64,000 bases of DNA, from NCBI GenBank assembly GCA_963742415.1, contig CAVULX010000003.1, forward strand, positions 576,001 through 640,000, given 5' to 3'. Source of the DNA: an uncultured Parachlamydiaceae bacterium (GTDB taxonomy: Bacteria > Chlamydiota > Chlamydiia > Chlamydiales > Parachlamydiaceae). A program made the position numbers and the translations under genes. Below the pieces are notes generated by a model, which was not told where the DNA came from, did not search any database, and saw only the letters and a list, made by a program, of their open reading frames with translations. This document shows positions 1 through 10,450 of this stretch, in pieces. Numbering within the stretch: the first letter of the stretch is position 1; every line of letters starts with the position of its first letter.

Positions 1-921
1 AAATCGATCGAAACGGCGCAAAAACGGATCGAACAACGCAATTATGTCGTCCGCAAGCACACCTTAGAATATGACGATGTCATGAATAAACAGCGGCAGG
101 AGATCTATGCCTTCCGCAACAGCGTCTTGCATGAAAACAATGTGGCTCCATTGGCTATTGAAGTGTTGGAGAGTGTGTGCGCTTTTTCTGCCGATGATTT
201 TTTCAAAAGCCGCGGCGACGAAGGGTGGGATCCCGAAGGGTATCGCCAATGGTTGATGCAACACTTTCCGGTCACTTTTGAAGAAGGGTGTTTTGATAAC
301 GAATACATGGATGAAGAAGAATTAGTCAAACTCGCTTCAGATAAAACCGTGAAAGCATTTAAAGAAAAGCTAGAAAGGGAATCAGATAAAATTCCTACTG
401 CCCAGGAGGTCTCTTCGAGCGATCTGAAGTTGCGTCAGCCTGTCAACGAAGCTGTGAGGAATTTGATGATCCGAAAAATAGATCAACGGTGGCAAGAGCA
501 CCTGCTCGTCATGGACCATTTGCGGGCAGATGTGAATTTGAGAACAGTGGGACAGCGGGATCCATTAACTGAATTCAAACACGAGTCATTTGCGATGTTT
601 GAGGAATTCAGCAAGACGTTGCGTACTGAAATAGCCCATGATCTCTTCCGTTTTGAAATGGTTGTAAGGCAAATGCCAACGATTGAGCAATTGCTGTCTG
701 TGCTGAGACTCGAAACAAACCGCTCTTTGGTCTCCGATTTAGAGGCGCCGCCAGTTCCACAGCAAGCTTCTCCTGAGGATAACCACCAGGCTGTGAAAGA
801 ACAGGAAAAAGTAGTTCCCGTCGAGGTGGGTCCCAAGGTGGGTCGCAACGACACATGCCCTTGTGGGAGTGGGAAAAAATACAAAAAATGTTGCGGCGCC
901 ACCCACGAAGATGAAGAATAA
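1..921 (+). CDS. secA: Preprotein translocase SecA, C-terminal part (5' end outside window)
   Basis: Frame open from base 1 ([14 protein letters not shown]...[11 protein letters not shown]); [11 protein letters not shown] motif; C-terminal SEC-C motif [18 protein letters not shown]. Confidence 0.98.
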   Translation, partial: KSIETAQKRIEQRNYVVRKHTLEYDDVMNKQRQEIYAFRNSVLHENNVAPLAIEVLESVCAFSADDFFKSRGDEGWDPEGYRQWLMQHFPVTFEEGCFDNEYMDEEELVKLASDKTVKAFKEKLERESDKIPTAQEVSSSDLKLRQPVNEAVRNLMIRKIDQRWQEHLLVMDHLRADVNLRTVGQRDPLTEFKHESFAMFEEFSKTLRTEIAHDLFRFEMVVRQMPTIEQLLSVLRLETNRSLVSDLEAPPVPQQASPEDNHQAVKEQEKVVPVEVGPKVGRNDTCPCGSGKKYKKCCGATHEDEE

Positions 922-1066
922 CAAAAAAAGAACAGGATAAGCAAGATCGCCTTCGGCGGCAGGATAAGCAAAGATAAAAAATTAATAGAACACAAACACA
1001 TAATTTTTTATCTTTGCTTATCCTGCCGCCGAAGGCGATCTTGCTTATCCTGTTCTTTTTTTGTTA
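919..1066. repeat. Palindromic element, CAGGATAAG family, copy 1
   Basis: Perfect 66-bp inverted arms 919-984 / 1001-1066 with a 16-nt loop; the left arm begins with the secA TAA. Confidence 0.95.
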
Positions 1067-1115
1067 ACCTCCGTGCTTCTTTGGAAAAAAAACTTTTAAT
1101 CTTTGTATAATGATT

Positions 1116-2981
1116 TCAATCCTTGTTTTTTGCGAATCTCTGCACAATTTCATCTTCAAAGCTAGGCGGCAAAAGGGTGACAGCACAAGTTTTTTGGTAG
1201 TTGCTAATGATTAAAGCCTCAATGTTTTTCTTTTGTTCATCCGAAAGATTATTATTCAATTTTGCTTCAATTTTCCTAAAACAATCGGTCCTTACGTTTA
1301 GGAGCTTTTCTTTGAGTTTTTTAGCGGAATCAAAAAGATTTCCTTTTCTGTCGTTGTCGATGTCAGAGAGTTTCTGAATATTATGCAGGCCAGTGGTAAA
1401 GTCTTGTTCATTAAAAGAAGTTGCAGCGATATTTCGAAGAATTTTGGCTTCTTCTGTTTCAAGGACTTTCGCGCTATTCATAAGTTCTTGAAAAGCATCA
1501 AAGTCTTTCATGGACACATTATAGATAAATTCTTCGAGTGAAAATAAATCATACGCATTTGTCCAGGAAACGACCCTGGTCGAACATAATTCCCCATCAT
1601 AATTATAGGCAAAATACTTTGGATTTAGAGGAAAAATGAGTTTTTGGTTTTGATTTAGAATTTTTATAAATTCAATAACGGTTTCTTTGTAGTCCGCATC
1701 TTCGTATAAACATTCATCTATCCATCGATGACCACCCCAAGGAGTATGGAGTTTTTCTATGAGGGCGAATTTCCCTTCCGGGTCAATATGCTTAACTTTC
1801 GGTAAAGGGAAAAAGTCGTCCAATTGAGGATCAATATGAAAATCGGGAATGCGGATTTGGTTGATCCCAATGACTGCTTCATTTCTTCCCACCCAAAACA
1901 GTAATTTCTCTACGTCATCTTGTTTAGTCAATTGGGGTAATTCTTCAAATGGATTTTCTATCTCCGCTTGGCCCAAGATTTTTTCACCAATGTGATACTC
2001 CTGTATTTCAAAAAAAACATTCCTATCAAATTCTTTTTCCGTAGCCCCAATTTGTTCTCCTAGAACAATTTTATGGATCGTGACAATAGTTGACTGCTGA
2101 TCTTGTTTATAAGATTTAGAAATCAAAATCTTACCGGGGACTAATGTATTTCTCCATTGAATATGCTCTGGATCCCGAGTTAAGAGTGGACTACCAGATA
2201 AATTAAGGTTTTCCCATGTCTTTTGCATTTGATATTCCAAGCGGCTTAGATTGGGAAGTTCTCCAGGCTTATCAGCGAGGGTTTTGTGCCTGAAAGCATG
2301 CTCTACAATTGCTTTTAGTCCTCTATGGAGAATGCGAGGAGATACTTTGGCTCTGTGTACATTCGATATGAAATTCTCCCAACTCTCCTTTTCGACCAGG
2401 GGATCATTTCCTTTGGAAATTTCCATCATCAAACGGTAAGGCAAATGGAATCCAAGCTGAGCTCGCAAATCAATTTCATGATAAAATCTTTTGATATCAG
2501 GGGAAAACTTGAAACAATCGAAAAAAAAATCCTTGCTGAAGGCTTTAACTTTCCGATATCGGCTTATGGAAGCTGCTTGGACAAAATAAGAGGTTGCATT
2601 ATAAAAATCCTGGATGAAAGAAACGGTGGTGTTGTCTATCGAGGCTTCCTTATTTTTAAAACGTTCATCCAAGTAGCTTTCATAGGCGAGCAAATGTGTG
2701 TTTTCAAGCGCTTTTAGATAAAATCTAAAGTTTTCACCTGTTTTTTTTAGGGCTTCTTTGACGGCTTCAATCCGTGTATTATCCCCCCACAAGTAAGCCC
2801 AGCGATGAATTCCATTATAGTTAATACCCTCTTCGTTCCACACAAGATTCGGATACAACCCTTCGTATAATTCCTTATCATCTAGTGTTTTACTATCTTG
2901 ATGTTGAGGATCTTCATCGGCTTGACATAATGTATATAAATTAAAGGCAAAAGTATGAAAAGAAAGGGCGGGAGTGTGCAT
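1116..2981 (-). CDS. Hypothetical protein, candidate effector with possible degenerate kinase-like fold
   Basis: 621-aa ORF, no signal peptide; PLPKVKHIDPEGKFALIEKL and LNPKYFAYNYDGEL segments resemble kinase subdomains. Confidence 0.7.
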   Translation of the reverse strand: MHTPALSFHTFAFNLYTLCQADEDPQHQDSKTLDDKELYEGLYPNLVWNEEGINYNGIHRWAYLWGDNTRIEAVKEALKKTGENFRFYLKALENTHLLAYESYLDERFKNKEASIDNTTVSFIQDFYNATSYFVQAASISRYRKVKAFSKDFFFDCFKFSPDIKRFYHEIDLRAQLGFHLPYRLMMEISKGNDPLVEKESWENFISNVHRAKVSPRILHRGLKAIVEHAFRHKTLADKPGELPNLSRLEYQMQKTWENLNLSGSPLLTRDPEHIQWRNTLVPGKILISKSYKQDQQSTIVTIHKIVLGEQIGATEKEFDRNVFFEIQEYHIGEKILGQAEIENPFEELPQLTKQDDVEKLLFWVGRNEAVIGINQIRIPDFHIDPQLDDFFPLPKVKHIDPEGKFALIEKLHTPWGGHRWIDECLYEDADYKETVIEFIKILNQNQKLIFPLNPKYFAYNYDGELCSTRVVSWTNAYDLFSLEEFIYNVSMKDFDAFQELMNSAKVLETEEAKILRNIAATSFNEQDFTTGLHNIQKLSDIDNDRKGNLFDSAKKLKEKLLNVRTDCFRKIEAKLNNNLSDEQKKNIEALIISNYQKTCAVTLLPPSFEDEIVQRFAKNKD

Positions 2982-3124
2982 AAATGAGTTACCTTATTGT
3001 GATAAAATAACAGAAACACAAAGGTCTCTGAAAAAGATTAAGTTAACCAACAAACCACACGTTCATAGTTGTTGGCAAGCTAAACGGCTGTATGTCTTTG
3101 CAGCGGAAATAAAAGAATTCTTAT

Positions 3125-3835
3125 CTAATCATCATCTTTAAAAATGTAATTCCACTCATAAGGAGAATAATACCGTGGGAGCTCTAAATCGGGCGAAAAG
3201 TATTGTTCTTTTAATGGGCGGCTAGTTTCGATCTCCACAACTTCTTTAAACATTTTTTCAGACTCTCTTTCAAAAATAACAAATTCGCGGCTCTTAAAAT
3301 ATGGCTCTATCCTATAATCCCATAAGTTCACGCCATTATATTTGTTATCGAAAGCATAAAATTTGGCTTCACCATCTTCTAACTTGATATAACTGACGTA
3401 GTAGGGATCAACAAAGAGTCCATGGAAGCTCTCAAAGTTAATGTATATTTCTAAATTACCTTCATTGAGGGGATATTGAATAAACTCAGCCCCTAAAATA
3501 GGATTTCTATTAAGTTCAGCCAGAAGCCCTTCAACCAGATCGACCAAGATCATTCTTGCTTCTCTAATTTCAAGTACGTCTTGCGAAAGGAATTCCATAT
3601 GGATTGCGTTGATGGTGTCGTCGTAATAGACTTTAGAATCTTCAAGCCTTAGGTGTTTCGCATGTCTCAGGTAAGGAAGAAAATGTTGGAGGGCATGCAC
3701 AATTTCAGGGCCGTCGATCTTTTTTACCCACTGGCCATCTCCAACCCAAGGATCATCCTTATGGTATTTTGATAAACAACCTGAGAGCAGAGTAAAGAAG
3801 AGAACGATAAGGATAAACCGAGAGGGGTAGTACAT
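3125..3835 (-). CDS. Hypothetical lipoprotein
   Basis: 236 aa; hydrophobic N-terminus with lipobox LSGC. Confidence 0.75.
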   Translation of the reverse strand: MYYPSRFILIVLFFTLLSGCLSKYHKDDPWVGDGQWVKKIDGPEIVHALQHFLPYLRHAKHLRLEDSKVYYDDTINAIHMEFLSQDVLEIREARMILVDLVEGLLAELNRNPILGAEFIQYPLNEGNLEIYINFESFHGLFVDPYYVSYIKLEDGEAKFYAFDNKYNGVNLWDYRIEPYFKSREFVIFERESEKMFKEVVEIETSRPLKEQYFSPDLELPRYYSPYEWNYIFKDDD

Positions 3836-3912
3836 GGTTGAAAATGACCTCTACTTAAGTTGCTTAAATACTAAATTCTATTTTTTTGGGGAATATTTGA
3901 AAAGCAACAACT

Positions 3913-4869
3913 TTACTTTATGCCATAGAATCGTTTGTACCACACAGTAAAATATTTAAGTCCTTGTTCAAGTGAAGTTTTAGGAATGTACCCGAGAAAG
4001 CTTCGGCTTTTTTCAATGTCCGCATAGGTGATTTCGATATCGCCCGGTTGCATGGGAACTAAAGTCGTATGAGCTTTTTTGTTTAATAATTTTTCTAAAA
4101 TTTCAACGAAATGACTGAGCTTTTCCGGTCGATGATTTCCCAAGTTAAAAATTTCATGAGGAGCTTCTAAATCCAGAGCCGCTGCAGTGCCTGCAACGAC
4201 ATCGTCGATATAAGTAAAATCCCTTTGCATAGCACCGTGATTAAATAACTCAATCGGTTTATTTTCTAGGATCGCTTTAGTAAAAGAAAAATAGGCCATA
4301 TCCGGACGGCCCCAAGGGCCATACACAGTAAAAAAACGGAGCCCTGTTACAGGGATGCCGTAAAGATGGTGATAGCAGAAAGCCATCAATTCATTTGCTT
4401 TTTTTGTCGCTCCGTACAGGCTTGCAGGATGATCAGTTTGATCCCCTTCGGAAAAAGGGATCTTGCTATTAAGCCCATAAACAGAAGAGGAAGAAGCATA
4501 GGTCAATTTAATGGAGGAGTGGCGGCAAATTTCCAGGATGTTGGAAAAACCCTCCAAGTTTGAAGCCATGTAGGCTTGCGGATTCACGAGGGAATAACGG
4601 ACTCCTGCTTGAGCGGCTAAATGAACGATGTGTGTTGTCGAATGCTTTTGAACAGCATCATGAAGTCGTTTTTTAGTGCAAATATCCCCATGGAGAACAG
4701 AAATTTTATTTTTTTTTAATTCATTTGCTCTTTGCTTTTTGAGTTCTGGATCATAATAGTCGTTAAAGTTGTCATACCCAAGGACATGATCCCCCCTGGC
4801 TTGAAGATGCAGCGCTAAATGGAAACCGATAAACCCCGCGGCTCCTGTAATAAACACATTTTTTTTCAT
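3913..4869 (-). CDS. NAD-dependent epimerase, UDP-glucuronate 4-epimerase-like
   Basis: TGAAGFIG, HLAAQAGVRYS, YGATK and RFFTVYGPWGRPDMA motifs. Confidence 0.92.
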   Translation of the reverse strand: MKKNVFITGAAGFIGFHLALHLQARGDHVLGYDNFNDYYDPELKKQRANELKKNKISVLHGDICTKKRLHDAVQKHSTTHIVHLAAQAGVRYSLVNPQAYMASNLEGFSNILEICRHSSIKLTYASSSSVYGLNSKIPFSEGDQTDHPASLYGATKKANELMAFCYHHLYGIPVTGLRFFTVYGPWGRPDMAYFSFTKAILENKPIELFNHGAMQRDFTYIDDVVAGTAAALDLEAPHEIFNLGNHRPEKLSHFVEILEKLLNKKAHTTLVPMQPGDIEITYADIEKSRSFLGYIPKTSLEQGLKYFTVWYKRFYGIK

Positions 4870-5035
4870 ATTAGATCAATTTCTCTCAAAGTTGTCGAGG
4901 ATTGAACTTACGCCAAAAAAGGGTGGCTGTCAATGGATAAAAAGAGAGCTTGCAAACAACAGCAGATGAAAGTAATTAAAAAAATGATATAATGTTGTCT
5001 CTTTGATAAAAACTATTTGCTTTAGAGTATAGACT

Positions 5036-5695
5036 ATGACCCCTTTTTCTAGCCCAAAACCTATTGTAGCAGCCTTTGACTTTGATGGAACCCTCACTTA
5101 TCACGATACCCTCATCCCCTTTCTATTCTTAGTTGCAGGCCGTTTCCGCACTTTAATGTCGATTTTTCTTTTACTCCCCTTTTTCATTGCCTGTGGATGT
5201 GGATTCTATTCAAGGCAAAAAGCCAAAGAAAAACTACTTAAAAACTTAATTGGGGGGATGCCGCTGTCGGAGATCCAGCAAAAAGGGATCGCTTTTGTCC
5301 AAGGTCCCCTTAAGAAAAAGTTAAGGCCAGAAGGGATGAATCGGCTCCGGTGGCACCAAAATCAAGGCCACCGCTGCATCCTTGTCAGTGCGACATTAAA
5401 TGTGTACCTTCAACCTTGGTCCATTCAAGAAGGATTTGAAAGTTTGGTCTGCTCGAAGCTACAGGTAGACCCCAACGGCAAAGTCACAGGCTTATTGGAT
5501 GGAGATAATTGTTGGGGCAAAGTCAAGGTGGATCGCTTGATTCAACAAATCGGCTCACGCCATCAGTATATTTTATATGCTTATGGCGATAGCCGCGGTG
5601 ATAAAGAGCTTTTAGAAGCAGCTGACTACCCTTTTTACCGCTCGTTTGGATCGTCTACTGCTGGGGGATCTCAGCAGCCCAATGAAAGTTTGTGA
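5036..5695 (+). CDS. HAD-IB family hydrolase
   Basis: FDFDGTL, LVSA, NCWGKVK and AYGDSRGD motifs. Confidence 0.9.
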   Translation: MTPFSSPKPIVAAFDFDGTLTYHDTLIPFLFLVAGRFRTLMSIFLLLPFFIACGCGFYSRQKAKEKLLKNLIGGMPLSEIQQKGIAFVQGPLKKKLRPEGMNRLRWHQNQGHRCILVSATLNVYLQPWSIQEGFESLVCSKLQVDPNGKVTGLLDGDNCWGKVKVDRLIQQIGSRHQYILYAYGDSRGDKELLEAADYPFYRSFGSSTAGGSQQPNESL

Positions 5696-5702
5696 ATACT
5701 CT

Positions 5703-7232
5703 CTAAGCTTTGTTTTTTTCAGTCGAGCTTTCCAGTGCGACTGTGGAGCCTTCCGTTATAACTGTCGAGCCATCAGTTATGATTGTCGTGTCCTCCGTTA
5801 GGGCTGTCAGCCCCTCCTTTATACCTGTCGAGGCCTCCTTTAGGGCTGTTGAATCCTCCCCTATGACGATTGAGCTCTCCTTGATGAATTTTGAGCTCTC
5901 CTTGATGATTTTTGAGTTCTCTTTTATGACGGTCGAGCAACTCTCCTTTATGACGGTTATGGCGGTCGAGCAACCCTCCTTTATGATGGTTGTTGAGCTC
6001 TCTTTTATAATTGTCGAGCTCATTTTTTTTTTATCTTTAATCTCCACCAGTGGACTATGAGGAAGATTGCCGTTATCGACATACTCTACTATTCCTTTGA
6101 TTCCTTTAAATTTTATTTTGTCTATTTTTTCTCCTTCAATTTTGACTTTCACGTGGTGGGTAAATCTTCGGATAGTGGAAAAGCCATCACCCAGAGATGT
6201 TTTCAGAGAGTTTTTCCGTGACTTATGGTCAGATTTTTTAATTGATTTATTGCCAGAATTTCTAATCGATTTATTGTCAGATTTTTTAATTGATTTATTG
6301 TCTTCGATAATTACGACTGATTTCTTGTTCACTTTATTGCCCAAAGAATTGGCTCGACGTTCGCTTTTTCGACGTTCGCTTTTAGCAGAAGCTTTAATTA
6401 TCAAAGCTCCTAGAAGTTTTGTCCCCTTTAATTTTAAGATACATTCATCTGTAGAAGAATCAACATGGATAATAAGATTTTTGCGGATTATAGATTTCTG
6501 AATATTCGCACGACTTCTTGCTTCTACATTACCGAGCTCGCAGAAACAGGCGATGATTTTATCTGTTGTGCTCTTCACTTTTTCTGCTTTAGAGTATGTC
6601 ATATAGATTTCACAGTCTGTTTCAACGGTATCTATCATGCAATTTTTAATCACACACATTGAAATAAAGCGATTTGAAGTAATTTTGAAATTTTCGAGTT
6701 GAATATCACTGATGATTGCAGGTTTACTAGCAAGTTCACCAAATTTATTAGTGTCATGATAGATATCATTCGTAACTTCTTTTATTTTTTTCAGATTTCT
6801 TTCTTCTTTCTGAATATTAACCTTCTTAACTTCTTTTGTTTCTTTCAGATTTTTTTTCTCTTTCTGGACATTAAAAACCTCTTCATATATTTGTCCATAA
6901 AAGGCACTTCTGGCAATCTTGCAATTTGTAATTTCTATCTCATTAACATCGATAGTGGAATTAAAAATACAGCCATAAGAATAATCAGGGACATGATAAT
7001 AATCAGGGTCATGCGTGGATTTCTTTTCGGTTTGGTTTTCTATATCACTAAGGGTTTCTTTATCAACATGGGTTTTGAAAATTGGGGGGGCAAACTCATG
7101 GGTATCTTCTTCCTCATAGGCATCTTCTTCAATGACTCCCTGAGAAAAATTGAAGGTATCATCATTTTTATCACCGGTATAACTAATGGTCAAAGTAGGG
7201 AAATTACTATTATTTCTGCTGTAGGGATGCAC
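5703..7232 (-). CDS. Hypothetical protein with low-complexity tandem repeats
   Basis: 509-aa ORF; heptad repeats (SSTTIIKE-like) and NKSIKKSD repeats. Confidence 0.75.
   Translation of the reverse strand: MHPYSRNNSNFPTLTISYTGDKNDDTFNFSQGVIEEDAYEEEDTHEFAPPIFKTHVDKETLSDIENQTEKKSTHDPDYYHVPDYSYGCIFNSTIDVNEIEITNCKIARSAFYGQIYEEVFNVQKEKKNLKETKEVKKVNIQKEERNLKKIKEVTNDIYHDTNKFGELASKPAIISDIQLENFKITSNRFISMCVIKNCMIDTVETDCEIYMTYSKAEKVKSTTDKIIACFCELGNVEARSRANIQKSIIRKNLIIHVDSSTDECILKLKGTKLLGALIIKASAKSERRKSERRANSLGNKVNKKSVVIIEDNKSIKKSDNKSIRNSGNKSIKKSDHKSRKNSLKTSLGDGFSTIRRFTHHVKVKIEGEKIDKIKFKGIKGIVEYVDNGNLPHSPLVEIKDKKKMSSTIIKESSTTIIKEGCSTAITVIKESCSTVIKENSKIIKESSKFIKESSIVIGEDSTALKEASTGIKEGLTALTEDTTIITDGSTVITEGSTVALESSTEKNKA
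5725..6025. repeat. Degenerate 21-bp coding tandem repeat
   Basis: Recurrent gagctctccttgatga / gtcgagcaactctcctttatga units encoding about 14 heptads. Confidence 0.75.
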
Positions 7233-7369
7233 TTTTAATCTCCTAAAAATTAGTAAATTGTTTTTTTACTGAAAATGTTGTTTTTTACAGTTTATTCATT
7301 AATTTATAATGTGGAAGAAGTATTACTGTCAAAATCATTCTTGAGGGTTGTAAGGTTTTGAACACACTC

Positions 7370-7855
7370 TTAATCTTCTGAGTGATTTAACCCTTCTGTG
7401 ATTCTCCAGCCGATGTAAAGAAGCGGCAGCCCCAATAAAATATAAAGAAACCAATAGCTTCCATGCCAGCTCAAGGTAAAAATCCCTTGGCTATTGGAAA
7501 ACAAGACAAGAATAATTCCAAAAAGAACAAAGACTAAGCCCAGGACAAGTGAAGAGATGGCAGCGGCCATTTTTTGAAAAGTGAGGTCCTTAGGTGAAGT
7601 CTGTTCCTCGACAACAGCGTCTTCTTTAACAGCTTCCTCTTCAGAAGCTTGTGTCGAATAGGGGGCTAAGGGGATAATTGTATCCAAGGACACAGAAGAT
7701 AACTTGTAAGGCGGGGTGGGGGGCTCTTCTACGTTGTTTGTTCCTGGAATTGGTGAAATATCTAAACTTACGCCGCAATAAGGGCAGGTTTCATCTTGAA
7801 GAGAAACATTTCCTTCACAATTCCAACATAACTTTTTTTTTGTTTTAGGAGCCAT
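7370..7855 (-). CDS. Zinc-ribbon membrane protein
   Basis: CWNC...CPYC plus two C-terminal hydrophobic helices; divergent from lpdA. Confidence 0.8.
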   Translation of the reverse strand: MAPKTKKKLCWNCEGNVSLQDETCPYCGVSLDISPIPGTNNVEEPPTPPYKLSSVSLDTIIPLAPYSTQASEEEAVKEDAVVEEQTSPKDLTFQKMAAAISSLVLGLVFVLFGIILVLFSNSQGIFTLSWHGSYWFLYILLGLPLLYIGWRITEGLNHSED

Positions 7856-8010
7856 ATTAATAACTACTTATGATTAATAAATCTATGACCGAAAGATCCT
7901 TTTTATTGCAAGCAATTATCCATCCTAATCTCTCATTTTCTTCTTTCTTCTATCAGTTTGCTTCGGTAAGCTAGAAGCATACGCAATAGTGTTAATTTTG
8001 AGGAAAAGTT

Positions 8011-9423
8011 ATGCAGCAGGAGATGCAACGTTTTGATATCGCCGTTTTAGGGGGAGGGCCGGGAGGATATCCCGCTGCCATTCGAGCCGCTCAGCTCGGC
8101 AAATCTGTCGCTTTAATCGAAGCCAAGGATTTAGGGGGAACATGTTTAAATAGAGGATGCATCCCTTCAAAAGCCTTAATTGCCAGCGCCGAAGTTTTGC
8201 AAAAAGTGAAAGATGCCGAGGAATACGGGATCATCACCAAAGGAGTCACCTTTGACTACGGCAAAATGGTCATCCGAAAAGATCAAGTGATTGCCAGAGT
8301 CCGTAAAAGCTTAGAAGGATTAATCGCTTCTAATAAAATTAGATTATTTAGAGGTTTTGGCAAACTCACATCCCCTAAAATGATCAAGGTGATGGGTCAA
8401 GATAATGCCACGATTCACGCAGATAAAATCATCCTAGCCACAGGTTCTGAGCCGCGAAACATGCCGGCGTTCCCCTTCGATTATGAACGGATCCACGATT
8501 CCACCTCTTTGCTCGAAATAAAAGAGCTTCCAAAATCTATCGTCATCGTGGGAGGAGGGGTAATTGGATGTGAATTTGCTTCCCTCTTCGCCATCTTGGG
8601 CGTTGACGTGACCCTTGTTGAACTGTTGCCTAGAATAATTCCGATGGAAGCGCAAAACGTTTCCGCTACACTTACAAAAGCCTTTAAGAAAAAAGGCATA
8701 AAGATTGAAACAGAAGCAATGGTGGAGGGGATCGAAAGGAAGAAAAATAGCGTTAAGCTTAAAATAGCCGGGGGAAAATCGATCGAAGCCGACATCGCTT
8801 TGGTGGCTGTCGGAAGATCCCTAAATACCTCAGGAATAGGTTTAGAAGCTGCCGGTGTCCTTGTCCAAGAAAATGGCATTATTGCCACAAACGATAAGAT
8901 GGAGACCAATGTTCTTGGAATTTATGCCGTCGGTGATATCGCCTCCAAGTGGTGGCTAGCTCATGTTGCCTCGCACCAAGGGATGGTGGCCGCGACTAAT
9001 GCGGCAGGTAGGGAAATGCACATGAACTACAACGCGGTGCCGAACGTCATCTTTACCGATCCTGAGATAGGAACGGTCGGGTTGACGTTGGAGCAGGCCA
9101 TAGAGCAAGGGTACCAAGCTACCATTGGAGCTTTCCCCTTTCAGGCTTTGGGGAAATCCCAAGCCACTTTGGAGACCGAAGGGTTCGCCCAAGTTGTCAC
9201 AGATAAAAAAACAGGACAGATTTTAGGGGCGCAGGTGGTAGGGCATGAGGCTTCCTCGCTTGTAGCTGAAATGGCTGTCGCGGTGGGAAATGAGCTGACC
9301 GTTGAAAGCATTACCGAAACGATCCATGCCCATCCGACGATCTCTGAAGCATGGCTGGAAGCTGTTCTAGTGGCTAATGATACCCCCTTGCATTTTCCCC
9401 CAAAAAAAGCAGCAGCCAAATAA
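8011..9423 (+). CDS. lpdA: Dihydrolipoamide dehydrogenase
   Basis: GGGPGG, GGTCLNRGCIPSK and HAHPTISE motifs. Confidence 0.97.
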   Translation: MQQEMQRFDIAVLGGGPGGYPAAIRAAQLGKSVALIEAKDLGGTCLNRGCIPSKALIASAEVLQKVKDAEEYGIITKGVTFDYGKMVIRKDQVIARVRKSLEGLIASNKIRLFRGFGKLTSPKMIKVMGQDNATIHADKIILATGSEPRNMPAFPFDYERIHDSTSLLEIKELPKSIVIVGGGVIGCEFASLFAILGVDVTLVELLPRIIPMEAQNVSATLTKAFKKKGIKIETEAMVEGIERKKNSVKLKIAGGKSIEADIALVAVGRSLNTSGIGLEAAGVLVQENGIIATNDKMETNVLGIYAVGDIASKWWLAHVASHQGMVAATNAAGREMHMNYNAVPNVIFTDPEIGTVGLTLEQAIEQGYQATIGAFPFQALGKSQATLETEGFAQVVTDKKTGQILGAQVVGHEASSLVAEMAVAVGNELTVESITETIHAHPTISEAWLEAVLVANDTPLHFPPKKAAAK

Positions 9424-9435
9424 TTTAATGAGTCG

Positions 9436-10434
9436 TTGCAGATGTTGAAAACTAATCAATTTGATAACAAGCCAACAGTAAAAAAGCACCGTCTCAATAT
9501 TTTGCCTGAGAATCCTGAAAAAGAGGATGAAACCAAAGCTGTGGGTTTGGGAAGATTCCCTTCATGGCTGCATCGTAAGCTGCCGCAAGGTTCCGAATTG
9601 TGGAATACAGGCCAAATTGTCAGCCAACATCGCCTCCATACCGTATGCGAGGAAGCTAAATGTCCCAACTTGCTTGAGTGCTGGTCAAAAAAAACAGCGA
9701 CATTTTTGATTTTGGGTAAAGAGTGCACACGCAATTGCGGATTTTGCAGCATCGATTTTTCAAGGAATCCAAAGCCTCTCGAAGAAGATGAACCTCAACG
9801 TGTCGCCTTGTCGGTTTTAGATTTGGGATTGAAGCATGTCGTCATTACCATGGTGGCGCGGGACGATCTTGAGGATGGAGGAGCCTTGCAGCTTGCCAAA
9901 ACTGTAAGTGCAATTCGAAATCATTGTCCGGAGACAACTGTAGAGCTTTTAACATCTGATTTTGAAGGCAATACAGGCGCATGGGACATTGTTTTGAGCA
10001 GCCGACCTGAAATTTTTAATCATAACATTGAAACCGTTCGGGAGCTGACCCCCCGTGTTAGGCATAAAGCAACTTATGATCGAACTTTGAATGTGCTTCG
10101 CTACATCAAGGAAAAACAGCAATTTCCACTCTTAATCAAATCAGGCTTTATGGTGGGATTGGGAGAAACTCTAGATCAAATAAAACAAACGATGCGTGAC
10201 CTGCACGAAGCAGGATGCGACATCATCACAATAGGCCAGTATCTCCAACCGAATAGCTCTAAATTGCTTGTCAAAGCTTTTATCACTCCCGATGAATTCA
10301 AACTTTTCGAGGAATATGGGTATTCCATCGGTGTCAAATATGTTTATTCAGGTCCATTTGTCCGCTCAAGTTATAATGCCAACGTGGTCATCAAACAGGC
10401 AAATGAGAAAATCAAAACCATCAACAGTCAATAA
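9436..10434 (+). CDS. lipA: Lipoyl synthase
   Basis: CEEAKCPNLLEC, CTRNCGFC and RSSY motifs (start may be ATG 9442). Confidence 0.97.
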   Translation: MQMLKTNQFDNKPTVKKHRLNILPENPEKEDETKAVGLGRFPSWLHRKLPQGSELWNTGQIVSQHRLHTVCEEAKCPNLLECWSKKTATFLILGKECTRNCGFCSIDFSRNPKPLEEDEPQRVALSVLDLGLKHVVITMVARDDLEDGGALQLAKTVSAIRNHCPETTVELLTSDFEGNTGAWDIVLSSRPEIFNHNIETVRELTPRVRHKATYDRTLNVLRYIKEKQQFPLLIKSGFMVGLGETLDQIKQTMRDLHEAGCDIITIGQYLQPNSSKLLVKAFITPDEFKLFEEYGYSIGVKYVYSGPFVRSSYNANVVIKQANEKIKTINSQ

Positions 10435-10450
10435 AGCATAGGCCCTCACA

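Noticed and set aside
5725-6025. 21-bp repeats as CRISPR or iterons
   Set aside because: In-frame coding repeats without unique spacers
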